A DNA stretch of 64,000 nucleotides from Fimbriosthenelais zetlandica (lineage: Eukaryota), in the NCBI GenBank assembly GCA_977030845.1, contig OZ365112.1, positions 25,854,001 through 25,918,000 of the forward strand, in the 5' to 3' direction. The position numbers and the translations under genes are program-made. Positions 23,636 to 36,800 of the stretch are shown piece after piece. The notes beneath the pieces are model-generated. The model worked only from the letters and a program-made list of their open reading frames with translations, ran no database searches and was not told the DNA's origin. Position 1 is the first letter of the stretch. Each line of letters begins with the position of its first letter.

Positions 23636-26600
23636 TTGACTATAGCACTTCTCCATCTGACGCTGCCCTCATATACTGCAGCTCGCTTTATATCATCCAA
23701 TGGGATCATCTCCATTTGGGCCGTGAACTGTTTGATGTTTTATTTAGTTGAAGCTTTCATAGAGATTCATGGAGAGCCTGTGTAGTTGGTCGGCCCTCTT
23801 TACTGATGCTCATAGACTAGAGAGAGTCAGGGGCTTGGGTTAGCACTGGTAGGTCATGGTTGGGGTCAGAGACGCCGTGCCTCTGTCGTAGTGAGATCTG
23901 GGGATTCTGCTACACCTATATATAGCTATATGTATGCACCAGCTCCATTTAAAAACATAACAGAGAGATGCTTTGACTTCCAACCATTGACTATTGCACA
24001 TCTTCATGAAAGGTCCCCCACTGGTCTCAATAAAGACCTGTCCTTTATTGAGCCACTTTGATGACCTTTTCTGGCTGGTGCTAACCGCCTTGCCACTTCT
24101 GACAAATGACCATGGCTGAATTTCCCCCTTCTCACTTTATGGTGTCCACTCTCGCAGCCCATCGATTCCTTTGTGGCTGTGTGAAATATTGACTCCAAGA
24201 CCTCTGTCTTCCCACAAAGCAAATCAACTCAAAGCTGTTCCCACGTTTCGACCCTGCTACTCTTTTATCTGGCACCATAAGGTCTCCCTGCTGTGAACTA
24301 GACTTCGCATCTAATTGTCCTTCTTCCCAGTCTTTCCAACTGCTAAACTGTCCCCATTATTGGGAAGCCACCACCATTTGTAGTAACTAAAATAGCCCTG
24401 CTCTTCCAAAAACAAAATATACGAACTTCTAAAACTGGCCCGAGTTCATGACTCTGATTTCTTGAAGGGTTGGGAAGATTCTCTGAGCTGTGAAATACAA
24501 TCCTCCTAAGCTGAAGCCACCCTTGTCTAAAGAGAGCGTGGATCGCCCGGGTCACTAAGTGGTGTCAAGCATGAAAGGTTAGATTTCAGACGTGTATAGA
24601 TGATCTACAACACTGGGCAGTGACACCGTAGGGTGCCTATTGTGACACTCCCTCAATGAGGCATATCCCTTCATTATAGGTCACCAATAAGGCCTGCCAG
24701 AGGTCGCCACTGGTTCACGGCACTTTAAGGTGTCGGTCTTTGTGATCCACCGCTGAATATCTTGAGGCAACACCGATGGATATTTATTATACACCCTTGT
24801 CATATACAAAGGCGTGAAATGGTTTATTGCAACAAGGGTTGTAGAGTAACACATTGTCTACATATATGATTTATCAACTGGTTTTCCACCAAGTACAATC
24901 TGTTACTTGTATCTGTCAACTGCAGTTGTTAGTATATGTTACCCTCTGTTTCTCGATTAACTATTGAAACTTATTAACACAACCACTGCAACAAAATCCT
25001 TCTTAGTTGTTAACCTTGGTAACGCAATAACTTCAATATCCTCAAGCAATGGCTGATGTGCTAGAATATATTCTAGTCGTTGTCTTTCTAGTTCTGTTCC
25101 CAGCCATATAGATTCGATTCTTTCACACTCCATCTGAGGACGATGTGCGCGTCCTTCTGGAAGGAGAGATGACTTTGATCTGTCCTGAAGAAGCATAATA
25201 TTTGAGTATACAATAATGGTGTGGTATTTTGGTGTCAGATATAAATTCTTAGTTCGGATTTTCTATTTGATGTTTTGCGTTTATTCCCAGTTAAGCACTG
25301 GACCTGATGTAGCAAGAATGTTGCAAGGTCAAGCGGTGCCCATAAACTTGAATGTAGTCAAAGCTTTTTAGGCGAAAACTAGGCCCACTAGTTTGGAATG
25401 TAAGTGAGAGGCGTTGGCAATAAATCCTATTTCTTGAAGGAAATGATTCTGAAAATATCAGTATATGGGATATTAATAAGACAACTGTAGACAATTGCGT
25501 TTTTATGGACATCCATTCGTATTGAATATTCTACCGCGACCTTCAGAGGGCCGTGTAGGCTGATTTAAGTGTTATCATTTTGAGTCGATCACTAGTGTAC
25601 ACTGGGGAGTGGCACATACAGTATGTATGAATCTAGATGAGTAGTGGAGCTTTTGCTACCAGCCTTGCCCCATGAATATAACATTCTACTTTCACTGTGA
25701 TGGATTCTTGGGAACCCGGAGAGAGGAGAGGACTCTCAGTCGGCCCAAACTTCAATTTGTCTTCCTCCCCTCACTCCAGCCACTGCTGAGGACCTGCAAA
25801 GGTGAAAAATAGCATGCCCTATCGCCCCAGAAAGGGCCGTGGCCCTATTGGGGCTCGATACATCTTGCTCTGTCAGCTCGAGTGGCGAACAACAACTGTA
25901 GTTAGGCTACTGTGGGAGGTAATAGGACACAATGTTGTGTGGCGCCTATAGCGTCAATACTTAAATACAACTGACTGATGCATTAAAAGTACATTGTATT
26001 GAACATGGGTCTTCCACGGCCATGTTGCCCATATCAGTCTGTAACAGATCCATGATTTATTTTTGGATGCTTTCTGCACTTGCTATATGAATTGATAATC
26101 ACTGAAGGGAATTTGACTAATGTCACCCCAGTGAGCGATTCTCCCAGTTCTGGCCTGTTTCAGTCCTTTGGGATCCACCATGTCCTTCTTGTGTGGTATG
26201 AAAGCTCGGGTTTCCTTCAATATTTGTGCTACCGAGTGTGATGCTTCAGGTCTGTTACATAAACTGCTTTTAGCAACAAAGGACACACAATTTATTTGAA
26301 TCCGATTAGCCAAATATCACTGTTCAAAAACTGGGCTTATTAAATCTGTGAATGCTAAGTGACGTGATGCACCCATTTCCAGCTTCCGTCTGCTCTTATT
26401 TCTGTTGAATTCGTCATTATAATCATAATAATCATTCCAAGAAGTCGTCCTATCTCTACCTCCTTTCACAGAAGTCGGCCATCAGCTTTGATTTACACAT
26501 TTTTCTCGTTCTTGTGAGGGGAGCAGCTGCTTAGCCTCAAAAGGCCATGAACATTGCCATAATGCCATGCATATTGCTGTGTAGTTGAACCACCACAATG

Positions 26601-29600
26601 ATGTTCAGTCTGTCGGAGCAGACGTAAAGCCAAATCCAGGCTTAAGATTTATGAGAGCTTTGCCTAAGCTGAATAAATCGTCAGAGCATGGTCTTAACTC
26701 AAGATGTGCACCTCATGTGGGGTGCTAGTTTTTGCTGGATTGACTTGGGTAGCAATGATTGCTTTCCTGGTCAAAACAATGAACCTAGCATTGCATTCTG
26801 CAGCAGGGCAGGATAAAAAGCTTAATTCAGACTTTGTGTTCCTAGCTTCCTCCTAGTGGAATATGGCACCTTCTCGATCTGTTGCTGCCGGGAAAAAATT
26901 TAGATGTGCATTAAGGCAACGCTAGGATCACACACGGAGGTATTGTTAGACCAGCGAACATGTGCAAATCACATGCCATGGAACATGTGAAAGGCATGAT
27001 GAGCGAGGAAGAATGTTAAAACACAAGCGAAGACGCCACATGCTTCTATCACACATGTGGTAATGTACCATGGTTTTAATGACGTGATTGTCACACATGG
27101 AGGGCCTTCTTCTCTCCCTCATACAGAGCTGCTCACTCTCTTGTGGAGCAGTTCCCGCATGACTCACACACTCAGGTGTTGGGTAATGCTCCTCACAACA
27201 CCCATCCAGTCAACTCTTTTTGCCATCAAAAGGTGTTCTCGAGAACAATTTGACCTCTGCGATAAACTCCCCTAAAAGCTTTTCCCCATTTTCTTTGCTC
27301 AGAGAGTAGTGTTTATGGTGAAAGGCACATTCTCATCAGGCGGCATTCAAGCCTAGACGCTTGCCCATCTCCATGGCAATTATCAACTGTTGTGATCAAT
27401 GATTCCTTCGCAGAAGAGAGTGCAGAACATTCCAGGAAAAGAACTTCTAGCCTAAGTGAAAACAATAGTACACTTTTAGACATATATTTAGATATTCTTT
27501 AGTTCTCGACAAGTGATAACCTATATATGGAGTCATATATTGTATTATATCTGATTATTAAAGGTCAGCCATGTCACCCATTCTGGTTAGAGGCATGTTA
27601 AAGACCCATTAACGCTGCCTTTCGAGAAAAGCCATCCTTGGTAATCCGATAGCCTGTTTCCTCCTGAACTGTTGCTGGGTTGTTAAACCCAATGGAATCA
27701 CTAAACGTCTTATAAGATGAGACCTTTGATTGCTTCGAGAGTATAAGTGTAATGAAGAGCACAGATGAGAGAGAGGATCTACATTTGGGAGCTCTCTCTG
27801 ACTGATATTTTACAAGACTGAGGGCCTGTTGAGACCAAAGTGCACTGGTGAAAGCCTCTATTTCCAACAGGTGAGAAAAGGGAAATAATGGGCGAGGTTG
27901 TTGTGTGGTCAGGTGTTACGACCTTGCCAGGAGGAAAGCAGTAATGCATCAAGAGTTGAATGGAAGCTGCCAGCCATTAAGGGGTGTCTCTCTCATTGTT
28001 TCTGGTTGCTGTTTCAAGGAAATGGTGATTGTCCCTAAACACTGCAATGGATACTTTAGAAGGGTCGATAACCTTTAGGTAATTACCTGTAAGTGTAGCG
28101 TGCATGATAAGTCAAGACCCGTGGTGCCATTTCAATCCAATTAAATATACTTGTTTGCGTTCTTTTCTTGATGAAATTTGGTAAATTGAACGGGCATGCA
28201 TTCGTTACTCTTACAACTTGCTTTGATCAAAAAGTCAATTTCGTGTGAGGAGAGAAAGCCCTGCATGCTTTAAAATCAAGTTAGGTTGTGGCAATAATCA
28301 ATATGATTATTTTTCAATAGGCAGAGCGCCAGAAAGGCGCTTTTGAAGCGAGCTCCTGCCTCATCTTCCCTCTGACCACATCTGAGTCCTTGCTCTTCTG
28401 ACTTTAATATGACCCTAATTGAGAAGAGAGCGCCCTTGATTGCACTTTGATGTTTTCCCCCGTTTCGGGTCCTGCCTTTAAAGATTCCCAGCAAATTCAG
28501 AGCAAATCGAGTCTGGGAACCTAACCCAGTTTCTGATCAGTGAAACACCATTAAAGGTACTAACAAATTATCTTGGCTGAGGAAGGGGGCCTTAGTCCAC
28601 TCCCACAAGGACATTCTACCTGTGCTGACCACTTTGCGTGAGATGAAAGGTTTTATCTAGTTGTAATGGTTAAGTGGGTTGCCGGAATAAAGTCCGAGCC
28701 TTACGTGCCACCTCTAAATGTCTCTCACTACAGTCGTGTACGTGAATGTAATAAACATGTGCCTTTCCAACTCATGCTTAATGTAAACTTCTTAAGACAC
28801 AAGTTAACTCGATGAATTCTCCCATTTTTACAAGGAGACTGAAAAGATCGTATAAGGCTTTGGAGTTAATTCTCTTTGTGGATTTAGATTCTATTAGTTT
28901 TGTTGTCCAAGGCATGCTATAGCAGACTGTTCCATTAGGGAAGGGGAAAAAGGAGAGGAAGTAACAAGGTAAGGCAATTACTTTCATCTTGTTTAGTCTG
29001 TGACCAGGCTGCCCACTTCCAGCTTTATATCTGGGAGGTCAGGGTCTGCCCAAGTGGGCCGGAGCTGACGCCGGCAAAAACAATGAGGTTTATCAGATTG
29101 TACGGTGCCGGGGCCAGGTTACAACTTCCTGTTGCTCCTGATGGAATGGAAGGAGATGCTCCATCCATACTTGCTCTCACAAGATGGACCTTGTTTCAAA
29201 GGAAGGACAGAATCAATATTCACTTTTCAGAGGATGAAATCTGCTGATGCTCCGAGCATCATGTGGGGCTTGTGGCATGTCCCTGCATCTTTTTTTCCTG
29301 CAAAGAGTCATTTTGAGTTGTTACCTCTATGGATCTGAGGTTTTGTATTCCTGTCTGTATATATATACCCCATTGTGGTAATGTATTTTCACCATTCACG
29401 ATACAGTGCGGGTGTAAGGGGGAAAAACCTAAACCACTCTCATCATTTCTCAGCACTCACGAAAATAGCTTTTATGATAGGCATGTAAATCGAAGCCTTA
29501 ATTCCATATCAGACATGAATCACGATAAACAAGTCACTTGGGCTTATCTGCGAGCTCATCCAAGTAAAAACACTGCGCATGCTTTGGCTGCCGAGTACAT

Positions 29601-32600
29601 TTTTATGCATCTAGATGCCTCTAGTGTTTTGCATAATAGTCAAGTCTGCCTACTTCCAAGTAGATCAGAAGGGAATTTGAATGGAGGAAAAAGAGACTAT
29701 TGGACCTGGCCTGGAATGTGTGAATCGATTGCTTTCTTTGATTCACAGGTCATCTGGGCGATGCATTGCGACAGCGCCTCGCGCCTTCCCTTCACCGCTT
29801 CCTATTAAGGACACGATCTGCATGTTACACCCCTTAATCACATGAAAAAGCCACATGATATGGCAGGCTGGCCTTTTTTGCATGCTTCACTCCCGGATCG
29901 TGGCGATTGGAACGATCCAAAAGGATTGGACAAGGCGAATGCTTAATGCTCGGGATGGCAAGGCTTTCCCCAGGAGTCTGCACAGCACTGGGAAGGTTGG
30001 GAAAAAGGAAGAGAACTCCCCCAGCACCCCACGTGATCGTTCAGTGTCATTAGTGGTCATTAATTAGTGGCATATTGGCTAATAACTGACAGCGCTGTGA
30101 TGGAACGGCCTTGTGGGTGTTAATCTGTGAATTGTCATCGCATTGATGGGTACTTCTCCACCATTGAAGACTGAAAGTCTCCTCTGGGACCTGCTTCTTG
30201 AAGAGGGCAGTTACAGGGTGTTGGTCCTTCTACCTTCTACACATTATCAATATATATGGTCAGTGTCAGTTGGCTGAAGCCCCCCCTGCACCAACGCCAC
30301 ATTCATTCCATGACCAGCCTGCCTGTATACGCTGGTTGGAATAGGGCAGTAGATGAATGTGTAGGGATGATTGGAAGCCTGTGGTGGAGGCGTTGGGGGC
30401 CATGAGGAGAATTGGGGGTTGGGGGGTGGGGGGTGGATGATGATGGAGCGGGATAGAGAGGGGGGTATGGATTACCAAGCAGGCTTGGAGATGCTTGTGG
30501 GGATCTAAAAGTTGGCCATCACGACAGCTCTGGCTGGCTACTCTGGCAGCCGAGCATGCTGATAAAACGTGAACGCGCACGCAGACGAGGAAACGATGAG
30601 TCGATGGGACGTCAGGTTCCCACCATATAAAAGCCACAGCCCGGCCTTCAGCCACTGTAAGAAATGGCCAAATTATGCTTCACTCTCTCCATCTGACAAA
30701 CTTGTGCCTTGCTTTACTGCCGTAACAGACAAACGCCCTCTCACTTCTTGGTTTATAGCTAATGAAAAGCTTGCGGGGCAGTAACAGGTAGGGCGTTGAT
30801 AAGGCCTCGGGGACTTGGTGATCAACTTAGCTCATGTTCTCTGCCCATTTTACTGCCTTTAGTGTCCACATTGACATGCTAATTCAAGGCAATACCAGCA
30901 GCGATTATTCGCCCCGTACAATTTAAACCTCCGTTTAAGTTATTTACTGCAGTATGATAGAGTCAACCTTAGAACTTTTGATTGGAATATGGCCTATAAA
31001 TATACATGATGGCAGGCCAATATACCATTTTGCCACTAAACCCAAGGCTGATATATACATATTCCGCTTGAGTTTAACAAATAATGGAACTCTTTGGTAA
31101 AAGAAACATTACCACAGAATCGATAGGTTCTCTTTTAGCGGAGTATAAAGAAAACTCTCTGGTGCATCAGAATAATAATGTGTCTTTTACTTTCCACAAA
31201 CAGACTCCATTAACATCAAACGGAACGCTGGCATTACGCTGCAGATCCATCATATCCAATATTATCACATCTTGTGATCTGAGCGAGTAGATCAACTGGC
31301 AGTTTGATCCTGCCTCTATGTATAAGAATCTAGCCACTCAGTGCTTGGGCCTGTAATGGCAGATAGAGATATGAAAAATAATGAGGCTCGCAGCCGCCTC
31401 ATGCTCCCGCTCCCGCCGTATAGAACTCTGTACTAGACAAAGAACTATTTTCACCAGCGCCTTGGTAATTGATGTTTGCATAGGGGGAAAAAGTCATTTC
31501 TCCATATGTAAACATAGCCGAGCGACATATCCCACGTCAATTATAGCACATGATTTGAATAAATATTTGAGATTGGAAGAGCGTATAGCGCGAGGCAATT
31601 GGGCTGCAGAATCTGCTGCTATATAAGCCTCGCCCACACACTCTGAAAAGAAAGCAATGGAACTCCCAGAGCTTTGAGAAAATAAGAGATGCTTGCTTCC
31701 TTTAGCTGCCTGGATGTTTACAAGTCTTATATCCTATAAGAAGCTCTATTTTGCTGATTCTCTATAAAGCTTCATTTACTGCTTAGATTCAATGAGACAC
31801 ATTTCATCCATTGGCTGATTAAATACTCTGAATCCTCTAGAGGGGGCGATTTCCGTGAGTTCCAACTTGAGAATATATCAATACTGTTTTTTGAATTTTA
31901 GATTTGTTTCAAATGCTTCACACGCAGTGTCTGATGAACTGATTATATTCCTACATTACCCTGCAAAGTGAGGTTTACAATTATCAGTCCAGATGCAATC
32001 AGACATGCATGAACAGAAGTTGTTTCGACTGTGCCAATTTCCCTTCACAATTCTCCATTAATTCAATAAAACTCAGAAGAATAACAAGCGTCAAGAAGTT
32101 TGTAGTGGTGTTGAGGATAAGTTACAGAATCTATAGGGGAACAATAAGCTTTGTAATTGTGTGGTGGTATTTTCTCTCCGGGCTTGCATTTTCAACGTGT
32201 CAGATGGCCTTAGTGCATGCAATCCAGCCATCAAAGGCAATGAATGTACATGCATGGCCCAGCGTATGATTCGATCATGATCGAGCACTACACTTAGGGC
32301 GCGGTGAAAGCATAACATTACTGAAAGAACTGAGATGATATAGGATACAAGGCTGCTCCTAAACTAGATGGCGAAATCATGCAGGTTTCAACATGACCAA
32401 TTAATTCCCCAGGGCCCAAAACAAAGGGGCGAATCTCAAACCTCCACTCAACATTTCCTTAACTTTCGATGTGCGAAAGAGGCACAGACATGCATAGTAC
32501 ATGTTTCGATAGAGGAAAGTAAGGATTGGATGTCCAAGAAAGGGTCATAAGGGTGGTGTTGCTATGGAAGAATGAGCAAATTGATCATTAAGATTGTTCT

Positions 32601-33622
32601 TTAACATATTTCCTATATATGCTTAATATGAGCGTGTGAGTTGTACATTCGACGCTCTTGCTGAGATGGATCTTTTTGCTATTGAAGCAGAGCAAGTTTT
32701 TAAGGTTGAGGAATAAGGTTGCATATTACTTTATCATGGCGTAGATAAAATACAGCTGTGATTATTCTGTTAGATTTAATTAAATCTGCCAGGCGATAGT
32801 CTATAGATATATTCCCCCATGAGAAACTGAATGTCAGGAACATTGTCCTGATCCGAGTCAACGTGGCGTAATGATCTCCATTGGGATCCATGGAAGCGAA
32901 AGGCACGCCCCCCACCAAACCAGTCTGTAAAGTGTTTAATCTCATTTCAATAGGTTTCTCATACCTGGTGCTTCACAGAATGGTGTGAATACTGGCCCTG
33001 GGGAAAGGTTATTATGTGTTGGCAAATCACAGGATTGATGCACATTAGATTTTTCCCGATTCTCTTCAAAATTATTCACCGCATCACCCAGTCAGCGCGC
33101 TTCACGCAGTGGATGATAAGCACGTGGAAAATCAATAAACAGGTAACGACAGGTCTAAAAGATGGGCCATGTCCGATAGAGGCAGAGCTGTGGAAAGTTT
33201 ATTGTCATCAAGCCCCGATGGAATGATCATAATTATGCCAATTATATGGTGGCATTGCGGGCGGGCTATTGATGGAAGGTGTGAAGAATGCGCTTCAAAC
33301 ATTCACCAACCTAGCTGCTTATTTTCCACTGGGCTGCGCACGAGCCCCATTTAAACTGGTGATCATTTTGTTGGCGAATGGGCACAGCAAGGTGTAAATA
33401 GAAGCTAACTGGAAGAAGGCTGGAGCCCTGAGTAATAGGTATTGCCCAGGAGGGTGCCAGGCTAGCAATGGGAAGTTGCAGTGAAAAGCGCTCCCACACA
33501 TGGCACAGAATGGCTTGGGTCCTTTTAAAGATGGATTAGTGTGATTTAACAAAGTGAATACTGGTGCCACAACAGCCTCCATTCACTTTTTATCCTCCAT
33601 TTCTCCCTCTCTCAACCGTGCT

Positions 33623-33851
33623 GTGTGAAGATGTCTATTCAGTTAAATATGACCAAGATGCCTTTTCCTGAAAAATACAGGAGAGATGTGCTAAAAGATT
33701 CACCTGGTGTGAAGATGTCTACACGGGGTTCATTTATATCGCCAAGATGCCTTTTCTGGAAAATAACAGAGAAGATATGTGCAAAAGATGTCTCATAGAT
33801 TGACAATGTGTGAAGATGTATATTAATATAGATGTATATCACCAATATGCC
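33623..33851. repeat. Diverged tandem repeat, ~2.5 copies of an 84-101-bp unit
   Basis: GTGTGAAGATGT at 33623, 33707 and 33808. Copies 1 and 2 share CCAAGATGCCTTTTC...GAAAAT and AGAT.TG.C.AAAAGAT; copy 3 has CCAATATGCC. Confidence 0.8.
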
Positions 33852-36800
33852 ATTCATTGGAAACCCCAGGAGGTATGTCAGAAAATGTCAAGGCTGTACA
33901 TTTCTGCCTTATTTTTTATTGAAAGCCCCCCTCGGGTATGATTGTTAAGATGCATGAGGTCTGTACCAATTTACCTGATACCTTTTTCCCGCCTGAACAC
34001 GACACTGAAAGTATTGCCTTCAAGGCCTTTAAAGAGTTCAGAAGGGTACATATAAGGCGTCTAATATGACCGCCTGGCACGTATACAGCAGCACTGAGCA
34101 GTTGATTTGTATCAAAAAGCCAAGGAGTCATGTAGCTCATCATGGCAGACAGGTGATGTGATGGATCACCTTTAGGAACTCTCCAGAAATAAGGTGTGAA
34201 TGTAGCAACAACTTCTGGCATCTGCCCGCTCCTCACCAGCCCCTTGCCAACGCCTTTCACACTCCGGCTTTGGAAATAACTTTAAAACTTTCTGGCTTTT
34301 CCATAAGTTCTGACAACATTTGGAAGCCTACATGCTGGAGGGTTTAGCCTTTCACTAATATTGATACATGTGGTGTATGTAGATGCATTATTGATGGTTT
34401 TAAAACCTGGCTGGAGTACTGCCAGCCATGCACTGAAAGTAGTGAGAGATGCGTAATAATACATCAAGACCTGACGCGGCCGAATTTTAAATGAGCATAT
34501 AATATATATGGAAGAAATGCTTTGTCTTTTCATGGACTTCCATTGATAATATTACACGTATCATCATTTTAATGAATATACCCCCTGCCCAGGGCTGGTT
34601 GCTACCAATTCTGTGCAATGCCTATAGGTTCTGCCCTGCAGTATAACATCAGTGAGGTTTTTGGCTGGTTGGCATGGTAGTTCTGGGCGTGAGAGCATAG
34701 ACTGACAAGCCATGTCTGCCAGGCCATTCTTATAAAAGGTGTGGAGCCCGGTCAGTTAAGGTGCCATATTCCCTGCCCAGTCACGACCTGCTGTTGTTAC
34801 TTTAATGGCCTTTCACGCCCGGTGTTTCCAGACAATGCCACAGGGTCAATGGCTTGCTTCAATTATTCAATCTATCAGCCACTCCGGGCTCGTATTTTTT
34901 AATTGCGGAGGAAAGGTATGAAAGTGTTGCATGCATGTTTTATTAGCAAGTTGCATTTTACTTGTGGCTTTCTTTCTCTGCATGCTTTCTGAAATAATGA
35001 CTTCTTGCTGTTTTGGAATTGCTCCAACTTGAGATGAATTAAGCTTGGCAATTTGCACGAGCTTGCTTTCCTGCATTATTTTCCATCCGATTAGCACCAA
35101 AATCACCATGGTGACTTCAAGATACAGTTTCCATATTCATGGGAGTTACAGCACTCTTCAAAACTTGCAATTTTTATTTGAAATACACCGGGAATGTCCA
35201 CTATCGTATAAATATACCAGTGTTCACTACAGTCGCTCATTTTCAGAGAGGGTTAACCTGGAATGAGATAAATTGTGAACCACGACCAAGCAGCAGTAAA
35301 ACTGGCCATAAACATGGTGGTTTTGATCAGGTTTGGTAGTTGACCATGGGTCGGGTTCCTGGCAGGACATGTTTTTTTCCAATCCAGGAAATGTGGTCAG
35401 GTTACAAATTGGCAGCATATCACATAGTGTCGACTGACAGGCAGGAAATGAAACTGTTTTTGCCGCCTGGAGATGGTATGGACGCACCTGACAGTGTTGC
35501 TGGCCTGGCATGCAACGTCCATCCAGGTGAACGCCTCCAGGCAGCCATAGGTATACATGTTATTTCAGTTCATGTGGGAGTGCCCGGCCACCGGGGTCTA
35601 CTCATAAAAAGTATCCAAATCTGATAAATTACAGATATATCCATGGAAGATTGTGAGGATATATATTTTGTATGGACAGACCCCGATGAACTTATATAAC
35701 GCTGTGCCCAGACCAATTGACCTCATTCCCCGTTAACAGATATATGACATATGTGCGATGAACATTTATTCATAAAATGAACCAATTACTTGCCACAAGC
35801 ATCTCTAGAGATGCTGTATATATGTGTGGAATAGCCCACCAGAGCTTATTAAGGTGTCAAGAATCCCTCAGGATGCAATTTACACCTGCCATCTGTCAAA
35901 ATGTCTTACTCTCATTTTGAGAAGGAATGGGGGTAATGGTTGACAGTCTTTCGCTTTTATTCAACTTGGAAGACATGGGCAAACTTCTCCAATCTTTATA
36001 AATATGAGTAATAGTAGTTTTATAATCATAAATACTATTTACCATTCGTGTTATTAAATACCTAAAAGCATTGATGAAGAAAATACGGATCTTATAAAGG
36101 TCCGAAACCACTCGCTACTGCTCAAGAAATGTTTCTAATCATACTGATTCAAATCAGGCGGGTCGACGGGTGGGAGTCTGAAGCCTGGAGGAAGTAGGAA
36201 TTGACTAGTGGTTGTTTGAAGTCTTTTTAGAGAAGTAATGAGTGTTTTTAGCAGGCATTGATATTGCTTTGAAAATCGACAAGACATCTTTGCTTGATTG
36301 CACTGTAATCTAGCATCGCTTCATGATTGAGCTTGGTAGACTGCTGGTATTATATGAACTGCGCCGTCCTTCAACATTTCTGATGCATTGATAGGTCCAT
36401 TGCCATCATAGAGAATATAATCTTTTGCAATGAGTTCCCAAAATAAATATCACTCAGTATAACTGGCAATTAGTGATGAACGGACTAAATTGATGCAGTA
36501 TACGAGCCGGCTCGCGATCAAAAGAGCTCCCTTCTTTTAGCAGGTCATGACTCAATTAAAAGGGTATTCACTCATTCTTGATACTATAGGGTTCACCAAT
36601 AAAACGTCATGGAAGCTAGCAATGTTGAATCCTAAAGGGCCAGCTGCACGAAATGGCAAGCATAAAAGGCCAAATGGGATACAGGGATATCGTGTCTTTT
36701 ATTCATAATAGGGGCTGATGGTGGCTGGAGAGTAGTCTGTGGAAATACTGCTTTTAAACAGGTTCACCACTGTCCTAGAGAAGGCAGCATCATTTCACTA

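Noticed and set aside
27870-27876. CCAACAG|GTGAGA as a recursive site
   Set aside because: Short pyrimidine tract with an AG about 16 nt upstream and a weaker donor.
29329-29808. 159-aa ORF
   Set aside because: No family motif or supporting splice context; consistent with chance.
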